Positions 41,351-50,847 of a stretch of DNA of 64,000 nt are shown here, one piece after another. Under the pieces are notes generated by a model. It did not search any database. It was not told the DNA's origin and worked only from the letters and a program-made list of their open reading frames with translations. How positions within the stretch are numbered: the first letter of the stretch is position 1; every line of letters starts with the position of its first letter. Source of the stretch: an uncultured Acidobacteriota bacterium (lineage in GTDB: Bacteria > Acidobacteriota > Thermoanaerobaculia > Multivoradales > JAGPDF01). The translations under genes and the position numbers were made by a program. Location of the stretch: positions 4,260-68,259 of the forward strand of contig CAWDOT010000026.1 of NCBI GenBank assembly GCA_963803995.1. Reading direction: 5' to 3'.

Positions 41351-42359
41351 TCGCGCCCTCCGGCCGCGAGCGCGGCGAGCGCCCGCTCGACGACCTCCGC
41401 CGGCGCGACCGCCAGCAGGCACGCCTTCGCCTCGTCCATGCGCCGATGGCAGTAACTGCACGGCAGGCGCTTCGCGACCGTCCACTCGACCGCCCCGTAG
41501 GGTCCGTGGCGACCGGGATCGGTCGGCCCGTAGACGCCGACCAGCGGGCGACCGAAGGCGCGCGCCAGATGGAGGGCGCCGGTATCGCCGGCGAGCACCA
41601 CGCGGGCGCCGGCGAGCGCGGCGGCGAGCGCGCCCAGGCTGGGCGCGTCGAAGCGGGCCGCGGCGCCGCCGCTCGCGGCGGCCACCGCGTCGGCGAGCCC
41701 CTCCTCGCCCGGCGCCGCGCCCACGCGCACCGCGAGACCCGCGCGCGCCGCGAGTCCGCGCGCCACCGCGCCCCACGCCGCGGGCGGATAGCGCTTGTTG
41801 CCCCAGGCCGCGCCGGGATGGAGGAAGGCGTAGCGCCCGGCGGGCGCCACGCCGCCGCGCGCCGCGGACCAGCCGCTCCGTCCCGAAGTCGACGCGCCCG
41901 GCGGCACGCCCACCGCGCCGGCCAGGGCGAGGCCGCGGTCGACGGCGTGCTCGGCCCGGGCGACGACCGGCTCGTTGATCCAGAGCGCGCTCGATCCCTC
42001 GCGGCGGAATTCGCGCGCCAGCCCGACGCGGCGGCGCGCCCCCGACAGCCGCGCGATCAGCGCGCCCTTGTGGTTGCCCATGAGATCGAGCGCGACGTCG
42101 GCGCGGAAGGCGCGCAGCCGCGCCAGGAGCGCGCCACGTCGCGCGCGCCGGCGAGACGCCCGCCGCTGCGGCGCGCCCGCCGCAGCGGCGCGACCAGCAG
42201 CTCGTCGAGGTCCGCGTGACCGTCGAGCAGCGGCGCGAAGGCCTCGTCGACCACCCAGGCGAGCCTCGCGTCCGGCAGGTGCCGGCGCAGCGCGGTCAAC
42301 ACGGGCAGCGCGTGGACGATGTCGCCGAGCGCGCTGGTGCGGACGAGCAGGACGTTCAC
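41347..42359 (-). pseudogene. LPS heptosyltransferase (glycosyltransferase family 9), frame-disrupted (shift near 42140)
   Basis: N-terminus VLLVRTSALGDIVHALPVLTALR (frame of ORF 42057..44873). Then ALLARLRAFRADVALDLMGNHKGALIA...FLHPGAAWGNKRYP...VLAGDTGALHLA in the frame of ORF 41347..42081. Confidence 0.85.
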
Positions 42360-42842
42360 CCTGACCACGGGAGGGAGCGGACGCGCGCGATGAGATCGCT
42401 GGTGGCGTGGTCCTTCGGGTCGCCGACCAGCACGGTCCGGCCGCCGTACGCGCGCACCACTTCGTACTCCGGCACGCGCTCGGGAGTGCCGTAGTCGGTG
42501 CCTTTGCAGTGGACGTCGGGGCGCAGCGCGGCGAGCAGCGGCGCGGGCGAGTCGCCGGCGAAGACGACCACGAAGTCGACCGGCTCGAGCGCGGCGAGCA
42601 GCTCGGCGCGTTCCGTCGCGGGCACGAGCGGACGTCCGGTCCCCTTGAGGCGTGCCACCGAGTCGTCGTCGTTGATCGCCACCACCAGCAGGTCGCCCTC
42701 CGCGCGCGCCGCGCGCGAGGTAGCGCAGATGCCCGACGTGGAGCAGGTCGAAGTGGCCGTTGGCGAACGCCACGCGACGACCGGCGCGGCGCAGCTCCGC
42801 GAGGCGCGCCGCGAGCGCGGCGGCGGTCAGGACCTCGCCCAC
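42356..42842 (-). pseudogene. hldC: D-glycero-beta-D-manno-heptose 1-phosphate adenylyltransferase (RfaE domain II), frame-disrupted (shift near 42705); possibly fused to the kinase upstream
   Basis: RRVAFANGHFDLLHVGHLRYL (cytidylyltransferase HxGH), then EGDLLVVAINDDDSVARLKG...HCKGTDY in ORF 42356..42685. A candidate GTG at 42842 overlaps the kinase stop by 16 nt. Confidence 0.82.
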
Positions 42843-43907
42843 CGCACCTCCTCGACCGGCCGCGGATCGGACCGGATCGCCGCCGTGAGCTCGTCGCGGC
42901 CGAGGGTGGCGGTGCCCATCTTCATCACCACGACGCCGCCGGCGTAGTTGGCGAGCAGCGTCGCCTCGAGCGGCGACGCGCGCCGCGGCGAGCGCCAGCG
43001 CGAAGGTGCCGATCACGGTGTCGCCCGCGCCGGTCACGTCCGCCACCTGGTCGGTGCCGTGGACCGGCACATGGGCGGCGCCGCCGGCCGCGAAGAGCGC
43101 CATGCCGCGGCTGCCCCGGGTGACCAGGACGAAAGCGGCGCCGAGCGCGGCGCGCAGGCGCTCGCCGCCTGCGGCGAGCGCGGCGCCGTCGTCGTCCAGC
43201 CGGCGCCCGGCGAGGGCCTCGGCCTCCTCCTGGTTGGGCGTCGCGCCGGTCAGCCCGTGGAACTCGCCCAGTCGGTAGCGGCTGTCGGCGATCACCACGC
43301 CCGAATCGCCCACCGCCGCGCGCGCCGCCGGCACCAGCTCGGGCACCGCCGCGCCGTAACCATAGTCGGAGAGCACCGCCACCCGGGCGCGGCCGGCCGC
43401 GGCGGCGAGGCGCGTGGCGAGCGCTCTGCGCGCCGACTCCGGCACGGCCTCGTCGGGCTCGCGGTCGTAGCGCACCACCTGCTGCTTGATGCCGGTCGGC
43501 GAGCCGGCGAGGATGCGCACCTTGGTCGGCGTCGACCAACCCGGCACCGTCACCAGGCCGTCGACCGGCACGTCGCGCGCGGCGAGGGCGGCGACGAGCT
43601 CGCGGCCGTCCGCGTCGTCGCCGACGCAGCCGACCGGCAGCGGCCGCCCGCCCAGCGCGCGCACGTTGGCCACCGCGTTGGCGCCGCCGCCGGGCGCGAG
43701 CGACTCGCCCGCCCAGCGCAGGATCAGCACCGGCGCCTCGCGGCTGATGCGCTTCGGATGTCCGGTGACGAAACGGTCGGCGACCAGGTCGACGAGCAGG
43801 AGGACCGGCTGGCCCTCGAAGGCGTCGACCAGCTCGAGCAGGCGCTCGATGCGCGGCGTCTCGAATGCGGCGGACAAGGCGGCTCTCGCTCGGGCGGATT
43901 CTGTCAC
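42827..43907 (-). pseudogene. hldA: D-glycero-beta-D-manno-heptose 7-phosphate kinase (RfaE domain I, PfkB family), frame-disrupted (shift near 42980)
   Basis: GTG at 43907 (GTGA overlap with the upstream gene). GGGANAVANVRALG, ATPNQEEA and [19 protein letters not shown] are present. [24 protein letters not shown] follows in another frame, to TGA at 42827. Confidence 0.85.
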
Positions 43908-45399
43908 GAGCCCGTCCGTCGACCCGGGGCGCAGGCGCCCGCGCGCGCCCAGAGGCGGACCGCGGTCGGATACTCGGGGCGGGTGAAGGTGCCGAGCGGC
44001 CGGAATCCGTCGGCGGAGGCCGCGGCGAGAACCGGACCGAGATAGGGGTCGCGGAAGACCGGGTGATCGACGACGAAGTCGGGGCGACGCGCGAGCGCGA
44101 TCTCCGCCTGGCGGCCCGCGGCGCGCGCTGTGCGCAGCTCGGGGTCGACCAGCCCCACGAGGTCGGCCACCGGCCGGCGCGAGAAGTAGCCGAGCGCGCC
44201 GATCTCGACCGCCACGATGGCGCCGCCGCCCGGGCAGGCGTCCGCCGCGCGCGCCACGTCCCGGTAGATCCGTACCCGCGGATCGGGGGGTTCGCCCAGC
44301 CCGCCACGACGAACTCCAGCGAGGGGAGCGCGAGCGGCAGCGCGAGCGCGGCGGCGAGCGCGGCCCGCGCCGCCGGCCCCGGCGCCGCGCGAACGCGCGC
44401 GAGCAGGAGCTCGGCGAGCCTCCAGGCGCCGAGCGCGGCCGCTGCCAGCAGCGCGTGGAAGAGGTGTACGTGGTACCAGGGCGAGAAGGGCACCCCGACC
44501 AGGCGGTAGAAGGACTCGTGCAGGACCAGCCAGAGCGCGGCCGCCGCGAGCGCCGGTCGCGCCCGCGCGAGCCGCTCGCGCGAGAGCAGGAGACCCGCGA
44601 CGGCGAGCCCGACGAGCGCGAGCGCTCCGCCGGGGCCGTAGATCCGCTCGAGCCACTCCCACTGGGCACGGCCGTAACCGGACGCCGCGAGCGCCAGCTC
44701 CGCGCGCTTGCCGGCGAGCGTGGCGGGGACGGGCGAGCCGAAGTAGAACGCGAGCGCGGCGAGCCCCGTCGCGATCGGCACCCCCGCGGCGAGCGCGAAG
44801 CGCGCCGGGAAGGCGCGCCGCCGGTGCCAGAGCAGACCGCCGATGACCGCGAGCGCGAGCGCCGAGTCGGCACGCATCGCGGTCGCCAGCGCGCCGGCCA
44901 GACCCGCCGCCGCCGGGCGCTCGTCGAGCAGCGCGAGACGGAAGGCGCAGGCCAGCGCGGCCGCCGCCGGCAGCGTTTCGCACCCCTGCAGCTCGAGGTC
45001 GAAGCGGGAGACCAGCGCGAGCGCGCCGAACAGCAGCGGGACCGCCACGCCGCCCCGCCCCGGGCCCGCGGCGAGCGTGGCCAGCAGCACGAGCGAGCCG
45101 AAGGTCACCAGCGAGCCGGCGTCCGCGACGTCGAACCCCGCGCCGGCGCCGGCCCGGGCGAGCGCCGCCAGCAGCAGGGCGTAACCGGGCGCCGAGGTGC
45201 CGAGGACGCGCGCGTCGTCGTTCCAGGTCAGCCCCCGGCCGCTGGCGAGGCGGTCGGCGTACCGGTAGGTGATGTAGCCGTCGTCGTACGTGACGCCCCA
45301 GAAGCCGCCCGCGACCGCGAGCGCCCCCAGGGCGAGCAGCAGGACGACCGGAACAGCGGGCGAGCGCGACACGGCGGGGCAAGCGTATGACGATTGCAT
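43904..45399 (-). pseudogene. polytopic membrane protein, GT-C-like glycosyltransferase candidate, frame-disrupted (shift in a G6/C6 run at 44286-44291)
   Basis: ATG at 45399. N-terminus [26 protein letters not shown], followed by many TM stretches (frame of ORF 42925..45465). The C-terminal soluble part DPRVRIYRDVARAADACPGGGAIVAVEIGALGYF... is in the frame of ORF 43904..46276. Confidence 0.6.
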
Positions 45400-45404
45400 C
45401 CCGA

Positions 45405-45419
45405 TGGCACCGAACGTGC
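45405..45419 (+). promoter_or_regulatory. sigma-54-like -24/-12 element (TGGCAC-N5-GTGC) upstream of the ECF sigma gene
   Basis: TGGCAC at 45405-45410, five nt, then GTGC at 45416-45419, compared with the consensus TGGCAC-N5-TTGC. It lies 45 nt before the ATG at 45464, in a 64-bp divergent intergenic region. Match only; chance occurrence is possible. Confidence 0.3.
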
Positions 45420-45463
45420 GTATCGACATCGGCCAGGACAGCGGTATCGTCCGAGAGGAGACC

Positions 45464-46111
45464 ATGGGCGGGCAACCGGCGGGACGCGACGACGGCGGGC
45501 AGTTCGAGCGGGCGGCGATGCCGTACCTCGACTCGCTCTACAACACCGCCTACCGGATGGCGCGCAATGCCGAGGACGCCGAGGACCTCGTGCAGGAGAC
45601 CTACCTCAAGGCCTACCGGAGCTTTGGCCAGTTCACGCCCGGCACGAACCTCAAGGCGTGGCTGTTCAAGATCCTCAAGAACACCTTCATCAACGAGTAC
45701 CGCAAGCGGCAGGCGGCGCCGATCGAGAGCGATTTCGCGGACATCGAGGAGAGCTTCGAGAGCCAGCTCTCCGCCGAGGCCGCGGGTCAGATGAAGAACC
45801 CCGAGGAGGAGATTCTCGAGAGCGCGTTCGACGAGGGCGTCCAGCGCGCGCTCGAAGAGCTCCCCGACGACTACCGCATGACGGTGCTGCTCGCCGACAT
45901 CGAGGGCTTCTCCTACAAGGAGATCGCCGAGATTCTCGAAATCCCGGTCGGGACCGTGATGAGCCGCCTCTACCGGGGCCGCAAGCTGCTCGAAGCCGAG
46001 ATGCTGCGCTACGCCCGCCAGCGCGGCTACCTGCGCGACGGCGCGGCGCCGGCCAAGCGCCGGACCCGCGACGACGAGCCGGCCGATCCGCGCCGGGCGG
46101 GCGCGGCCTAG
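45464..46111 (+). CDS. ECF (group 4) sigma-70 family RNA polymerase sigma factor
   Basis: ATG preceded by GAGAGGAG. Region 2 is [16 protein letters not shown]...[20 protein letters not shown]. Region 4 is [38 protein letters not shown]. Confidence 0.92.
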   Translation: MGGQPAGRDDGGQFERAAMPYLDSLYNTAYRMARNAEDAEDLVQETYLKAYRSFGQFTPGTNLKAWLFKILKNTFINEYRKRQAAPIESDFADIEESFESQLSAEAAGQMKNPEEEILESAFDEGVQRALEELPDDYRMTVLLADIEGFSYKEIAEILEIPVGTVMSRLYRGRKLLEAEMLRYARQRGYLRDGAAPAKRRTRDDEPADPRRAGAA

Positions 46112-46189
46112 GAATAACGATGCTGCCGGCCGGGTTGGACGAACGGGAAGCCGACGCGATGCGAGCGCGCTCGACAGGAGACGATCAGC

Positions 46190-46414
46190 ATGGCCTGTAG
46201 GCGGGTCCAGCGCATCGTCTTCCTCTGGGTCGACCGCGAGCGGGAAAGCGGCATCGCGGACCCGGTCGCGCGCCATCTGGAAGAGTGTCCGTCATGCCGC
46301 GACCGCGCGGTCGCCATCGAGCAGTTGATCCTGCGCGTGCGCACGCGCTGCCCGCGCGCGACCGCGCCGAGCGCGCTCGGCGAACGGATCCGGACGCTGC
46401 TCGACAGCGAATGA
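46190..46414 (+). CDS. zinc-binding anti-sigma factor (ZAS, RsrA-like, cytoplasmic, no TM)
   Basis: 74 aa with the H-x3-C-x2-C motif HLEECPSC and an N-terminal Cys (MACRRV). It sits directly downstream of the ECF sigma gene. Confidence 0.75.
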   Translation: MACRRVQRIVFLWVDRERESGIADPVARHLEECPSCRDRAVAIEQLILRVRTRCPRATAPSALGERIRTLLDSE

Positions 46415-46439
46415 GACGAGCCGCCGGAAGGAGCGCCCG

Positions 46440-46919
46440 ATGAGCCACCGAACAGACCGCAGGGCCGGAACCGCGATCGCGGCCGCCCTCTGCTGCGCCG
46501 GGCTCCTGCTCGCGGGCGGCGCCGCGCGCGCTCAGGACGACGTCCGTCTGCCCGGCCTGCGCGGCGGACAGCTCACGTCGGCCGACCTCGCACAGGGCAC
46601 GACACTGGTCGTCGTCTGGGCCTCCTGGTCGCCGCGCTGCCGGGACATCGTCGAGCGCGTCGGCACGCTCGCCTCGAACTGGTCGGGCCGCGCGCGGGTC
46701 GTCACGGTCGACTTCCAGGAGGAGCCGGCCGACATCGAGCGCTTCCTCGCCGGCAAGTCGCTGGCCGCTCCGGTCTACCTCGATCGGGACGGCGAGTTCT
46801 CGAAGGCGCACGCGGTGGCGACGCTGCCCGGCCTGATCGTCTTCCGCGACGGGCAGGCGCGCTACCAGGGCAAGCTGCCCGCGGACCCCGACGCCGTCAT
46901 CGCCGACGCGCTGCGCTGA
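46440..46919 (+). CDS. exported thioredoxin-fold (TlpA/ResA-like) protein with SxxC in place of CxxC
   Basis: Signal/anchor AIAAALCCAGLLLAGGAARA. LVVVWASWSPRC occupies the position of the WCxxC active site. A cis-Pro-like TLPGLIVF follows. Confidence 0.75.
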   Translation: MSHRTDRRAGTAIAAALCCAGLLLAGGAARAQDDVRLPGLRGGQLTSADLAQGTTLVVVWASWSPRCRDIVERVGTLASNWSGRARVVTVDFQEEPADIERFLAGKSLAAPVYLDRDGEFSKAHAVATLPGLIVFRDGQARYQGKLPADPDAVIADALR

Positions 46920-47072
46920 GCCGCGCGCCGCCCGGTACCCCTCTACCGAAGTTCCGCCGCGCTTGCGCGGGTGAGAGATCTGCGCTGGACAGAGCTCCTT
47001 TCGTCCGCTTAGGATCTCCGCACCGGCTCCGGCCGGTCCCCGACAACCCGTGGACGGAGGGCGCAGCGCGAG

Positions 47073-48443
47073 ATGAGCCGGTTCGAGAGCGGAAAGGCGA
47101 AACCCTGGACCGTGCTGGGCCTGCCGCTCGGCGGTCTGCTCGCCTTCGCGGCTCTCTCCGGCTCGATCTGGGACGACTCGCTGCTCGGCCCGACCGCGCT
47201 CGAAACCGCGGCGCTCGATCCGCACGCCGGCGCACACGTGCTGGCCGAGGCCGCGCCGGCGCCGGCTGCGCCGGTCACCGGGGAGCGCCCCGACCGTGAA
47301 GGCGTGATGCGGCGCGGCGACACGCTCGGCGGCATCCTCGCCGAGCTCGGGCTCGCACGCGAGGAGGCGCACGCCGCCGCTCTCGCGTCGGCGCGTCACA
47401 TCGACCTGCGCCAGCTCCGGCCGGGCGCCCGCTACGCCGCCTGGCGCGCGCCGGACGGCGGACTCGGCCGGCTCGAGCTGGCGCTCGAAGGCAAGGGCGC
47501 GCTCGCGCTCGAACGCGAGGCCGGCGCCTGGACCAGCCATTGGCGCGCCTGCGAGCGCGAGGTGCGGGTGCGCTCGGTGCGCGGCACCCTCGAGGGCGCC
47601 TTCGAGAACTCCATCGACCGGGCCGGGGCCGACGGCGAGCTCGCCTACAAGCTCGCCGAAGTCCTGCAGTGGGACCTCGACTTCAGCCGCGACCTGCGCC
47701 GCGGCGACGGCTTCGAGGCGCTCTACGAGGAAGTCTGGCTCGACGGCCAGCGCTTCGGGCTCGGCGACGTGCTGGCGGTCCGCTACGACCAGGGATCCCG
47801 GCAGCTCGAGGCCTACCGGTACGGCGACGGCTACTACGACGCCGAGGGACGGCCGCTCGAGAAGCTGTTCCTGCGCTCGCCGATGCCCTATTCGCGCGTC
47901 ACCTCACGCTTCTCGAACCGGCGCTTCCACCCGGTGCTCGGTGTCTTCCGGCCGCATCACGGCGTCGACTACGGTGCGCCGACCGGCACGCCGGTGCGCG
48001 CGACCGCGTCCGGCACGGTGATCTTCGCCGGTTGGGACGGCGGCGGCGGCAAGACGGTCAAGGTGCGCCACCCGAACGAGTACCTGACGGGCTACCTGCA
48101 CCTGTCGCGCTTCGCCGACGGGATCCGTGCGGGAGCGCGCGTCGCCCAGGGCGAGGTGATCGGCTTCGTCGGCTCGACCGGCCTCGCCACTGGCCCGCAC
48201 CTCGACTACCGCATCCAGCACCGCGGGCGGTGGATCGATCCGCAGTCGATCGCGAGCGTGCCCGCCGAGCCGCTCTCCCGCCTCGAGATCGCCGACTTCC
48301 GCGGCGCACGCGAGGCGATGCGCGCGAGCCTCGAAACCGGGGCGCCCTACCGCGCGCCGGGTCCGGCCGACGCGCCCGTCCAGGTCGCTTCGGCGCCGAC
48401 GCTGCCCGCCGGGAGCGCCCGCTCCGGCGCGGCGCGCCGGTGA
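47073..48443 (+). CDS. M23-family metallopeptidase (murein DD-endopeptidase-like) with N-terminal anchor
   Basis: 456 aa with HHGVDYGAPTGTPV...GYLHLS...GSTGLATGPHLDYRI. Confidence 0.9.
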   Translation: MSRFESGKAKPWTVLGLPLGGLLAFAALSGSIWDDSLLGPTALETAALDPHAGAHVLAEAAPAPAAPVTGERPDREGVMRRGDTLGGILAELGLAREEAHAAALASARHIDLRQLRPGARYAAWRAPDGGLGRLELALEGKGALALEREAGAWTSHWRACEREVRVRSVRGTLEGAFENSIDRAGADGELAYKLAEVLQWDLDFSRDLRRGDGFEALYEEVWLDGQRFGLGDVLAVRYDQGSRQLEAYRYGDGYYDAEGRPLEKLFLRSPMPYSRVTSRFSNRRFHPVLGVFRPHHGVDYGAPTGTPVRATASGTVIFAGWDGGGGKTVKVRHPNEYLTGYLHLSRFADGIRAGARVAQGEVIGFVGSTGLATGPHLDYRIQHRGRWIDPQSIASVPAEPLSRLEIADFRGAREAMRASLETGAPYRAPGPADAPVQVASAPTLPAGSARSGAARR

Positions 48444-49432
48444 GATCGGCGCGCGTCACCGCCCGCTGCCGCGTCGACTTCGCGGGCGGCACACTCGACA
48501 TCTGGCCGCTCGGCCTCCTCCACCCCGGCGCCGCCACCGTCAACGTCGCCATCGATCTCGTGGTCACCGCGGCCGTCGCGCCGCGCGCGAGCGGGTACCG
48601 GGTCGAATCCGACGGCGAGACCTTCGAGTCCGACTCGATCGCGGGCCTCGTGGCACGACCCGCGACGGCGCTGATCGGACGCGTCGTCGAGGCGCTCGCG
48701 CTGCCGCCCGCCACGATCGTCACCGCCAGCCGGTCGCCGCGCGGCGCCGGCCTCGGAGCCAGCTCGGCGCTCGCGGTCGCGCTGCTCGCCGCGGCCGAAG
48801 TCGCCGAACACGGGGAGCTCCGGCGCGAGCCGCTCGCCCGCGCGCGCTTCGCGCGCGACCTCGAGGCGCGGCTGATGGGGCTGCCGACCGGCCTGCAGGA
48901 CCACCTCCCCGCCCAGGTCGGGGGCGCGCTCGCGCTCGAGCACGAACCCGGCGGCGAGCGGCTGCGCCGGCTCGCGGTCGACCTCGAAGCGCTGGGCGAG
49001 CGGCTGCTCGTCGCCTACAGCGGCCAGAGCCACTTCTCGGCGGGCGCCAACTGGTCGGTCGTCCGCAGCCGGCTCGACGGCGATGCCGAGATCGTGGGGC
49101 GGCTCGACCGGGTCCGGGACGCGGCCCGCGCGCTCCCGGCCGTGCTCGAGGCCGGCGACTGGGCAAGCGCCGGCGAGCTGATGGAGCGCGAGTGGAGCGC
49201 TCGGCGCGGCCTGTCGCCGGAGGTCTCGACGCCGCTGCTCGAGGCGCTCCTCGAGCGCTCACGCGCGCTCGGCGCCTGGGGCGGCAAGGCGTGCGGCGCC
49301 GGCGGTGGCGGATGCGTCGCGGTGCTCGCGCCGCCGGAGCGGAGCGCCGCGATCCGCGCCGCCTGGCGCGAGCTCGGCGCACAGCCGCTCGAGAGCGCAC
49401 GTCCGACCGCGCTCGGACTCGAAATCGACTGA
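48440..49432 (+). CDS. GHMP-family sugar kinase (HddA / heptose or fucose kinase-like)
   Basis: GTG at 48440 overlaps the M23 stop (GTGA). GHMP motif II is SRSPRGAGLGASSALAVALLAA and motif III-like is KACGAGGGGCV. Confidence 0.8.
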   Translation: MRSARVTARCRVDFAGGTLDIWPLGLLHPGAATVNVAIDLVVTAAVAPRASGYRVESDGETFESDSIAGLVARPATALIGRVVEALALPPATIVTASRSPRGAGLGASSALAVALLAAAEVAEHGELRREPLARARFARDLEARLMGLPTGLQDHLPAQVGGALALEHEPGGERLRRLAVDLEALGERLLVAYSGQSHFSAGANWSVVRSRLDGDAEIVGRLDRVRDAARALPAVLEAGDWASAGELMEREWSARRGLSPEVSTPLLEALLERSRALGAWGGKACGAGGGGCVAVLAPPERSAAIRAAWRELGAQPLESARPTALGLEID

Positions 49433-49461
49433 AGATCGGGGGGCGGCGACCGCCGCCGGAC

Positions 49462-50847
49462 TCAGAGGCCGGAGAGCCGCGACGCGAGCGCCGAAAAGGC
49501 GTCGCTGAACGGAACCTGGGTCAGGTCGATCGTGCGGACCTCGCTCCAGAATCCGTCCGGGAGGGTCTCGCGGTAGGCGAGGCGGTTCTCTGCGAGCCAG
49601 CCGACCAGGGCGCGCTCGCCGTCGGGCGCGACCAGGAGCAGGGGTGCCGCGGCCTCCGCCGGCAGCTCCGGGGAGCCCCAGAAACGGACCGGGCGCAGCG
49701 CGAAGAACTGCGGGAAGTCGGCCCCTTCGCGCGGCACCAGAGGCGGCAGCTCGAGCAGAGAGCCGCCGCCGGCGCAGCCGTTGACCAGCCCGCCGCCGAT
49801 CACCTGGTCGCCGAGCGCGAGGACCGTGGCGCGGGCGCCGTCGGCGAAGGCCTCGAGCCCGGCCGACGGGTCGGCCCCGAGCAGGAAGCTGCGCGTCCCG
49901 TCGGCGACGTAGGCAGCCATCGCCGGATGCAGCGCCGTCGCATACTCGATGATGTGACCCCGCGCGTCCTCGGCGATGCCCGGAATCTCCTGCGGGAAGC
50001 GGCTCGTGGCGTACTCGATGATGTGACCCCGCGCGCCCTCGGCGAGCTGTCCGAGCTCGCCCGGCAGCAGCCGCACCTCGGCGGTGGCCACCCGCAGCGT
50101 GCGCGCGTCGACGAATCCGATCGTCACGCGGTCGCCGCCGCGACCGACTTCGAGCGCCGGCTGCTCGCGCAGCGCGGCCGTCGCCGGCACCGGCGACGGC
50201 GTCTCGGCGGTCACCGTCTCCTCGAGGCGGACGACCGGATTCCAGCCGAGATAGCGGCCGTCGAGGAACACGATCGGCGAGTAGAAGGCGGTGGCGCCGC
50301 GGTCCGTGTCCTCGATCCACACCAGGTGGAGGACGCGCCGCGAGACCTGCGTCTCGACGCCGGCGACCGTGGTCCGGTAGCTGTCCGCGGTGAGCGCGAG
50401 CTGCAGCGAGCGCTTGTCGCCGACGGTCGCGCCGGACAGATCGATCGCTTCGGACCAGCCCTCCGGCCCGAACGAACGCAGCCAGAGGCGCGCCGAGACG
50501 ATGTTGCCCTCGGCCCGGCTGCTCCAGACCATGTGCAGCATCGAGCTGCGCTCGTCGAACAGGAGCGCCGGCGAGGTCTCGACTTCGCCGCCCTCGGTCC
50601 CCGGCACCACCCAGCGCTGCAGCGGCTGGCCGGGCGGCACCACGTCGAGGGCGAGCACCGGCGCCTCGGCCGGCAATGCCGGGTTCGCGCCGAACAGGTC
50701 GACGAATCGGCCGGCGTGCAGCTTGTAGAAAGCGCCGCCCGCGGTGACCGCCGACGCCGGCGCGCTCTCGAGCGCGGCAGCGGGCAGCGCGGCCAGCAGG
50801 CCGGCGAACGCGAAGACGGTGGCGAGGCGGCGGGCGGTCACGATCAC
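49462..50847 (-). CDS. secreted protein of unknown function
   Basis: The last 461 codons of ORF 49462..51696, from GTG at 50847 (GTGA overlap with the TPR gene). Signal peptide RRLATVFAFAGLLAALPAAA. Contains an internal 23-aa duplication. Confidence 0.6.
   Translation of the reverse strand: MIVTARRLATVFAFAGLLAALPAAALESAPASAVTAGGAFYKLHAGRFVDLFGANPALPAEAPVLALDVVPPGQPLQRWVVPGTEGGEVETSPALLFDERSSMLHMVWSSRAEGNIVSARLWLRSFGPEGWSEAIDLSGATVGDKRSLQLALTADSYRTTVAGVETQVSRRVLHLVWIEDTDRGATAFYSPIVFLDGRYLGWNPVVRLEETVTAETPSPVPATAALREQPALEVGRGGDRVTIGFVDARTLRVATAEVRLLPGELGQLAEGARGHIIEYATSRFPQEIPGIAEDARGHIIEYATALHPAMAAYVADGTRSFLLGADPSAGLEAFADGARATVLALGDQVIGGGLVNGCAGGGSLLELPPLVPREGADFPQFFALRPVRFWGSPELPAEAAAPLLLVAPDGERALVGWLAENRLAYRETLPDGFWSEVRTIDLTQVPFSDAFSALASRLSGL
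49943..50045 (-). repeat. 34-nt direct repeat, two copies 69 nt apart, one mismatch, in-frame inside the secreted-protein gene
   Basis: TACTCGATGATGTGACCCCGCGCG(T/C)CCTCGGCGA at 49943-49976 and 50012-50045. It encodes ARGHIIEYAT twice. Confidence 0.85.

Noticed and set aside
46440-46919. The possibility that the thioredoxin-fold protein is a selenoprotein (U in the first active-site position).
   Set aside because: The codon at that position is TCG (Ser), not TGA. The ORF has no in-frame TGA.
46920-47072. The 153-bp intergenic region before the M23 peptidase gene as a possible sRNA or riboswitch.
   Set aside because: I found only a short GC palindrome (CCGCGCTTGCGCGG) and a 6-bp inverted repeat (GAGATC...GATCTC). 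Nothing matches a known class, and there is no evidence beyond slightly lower GC.
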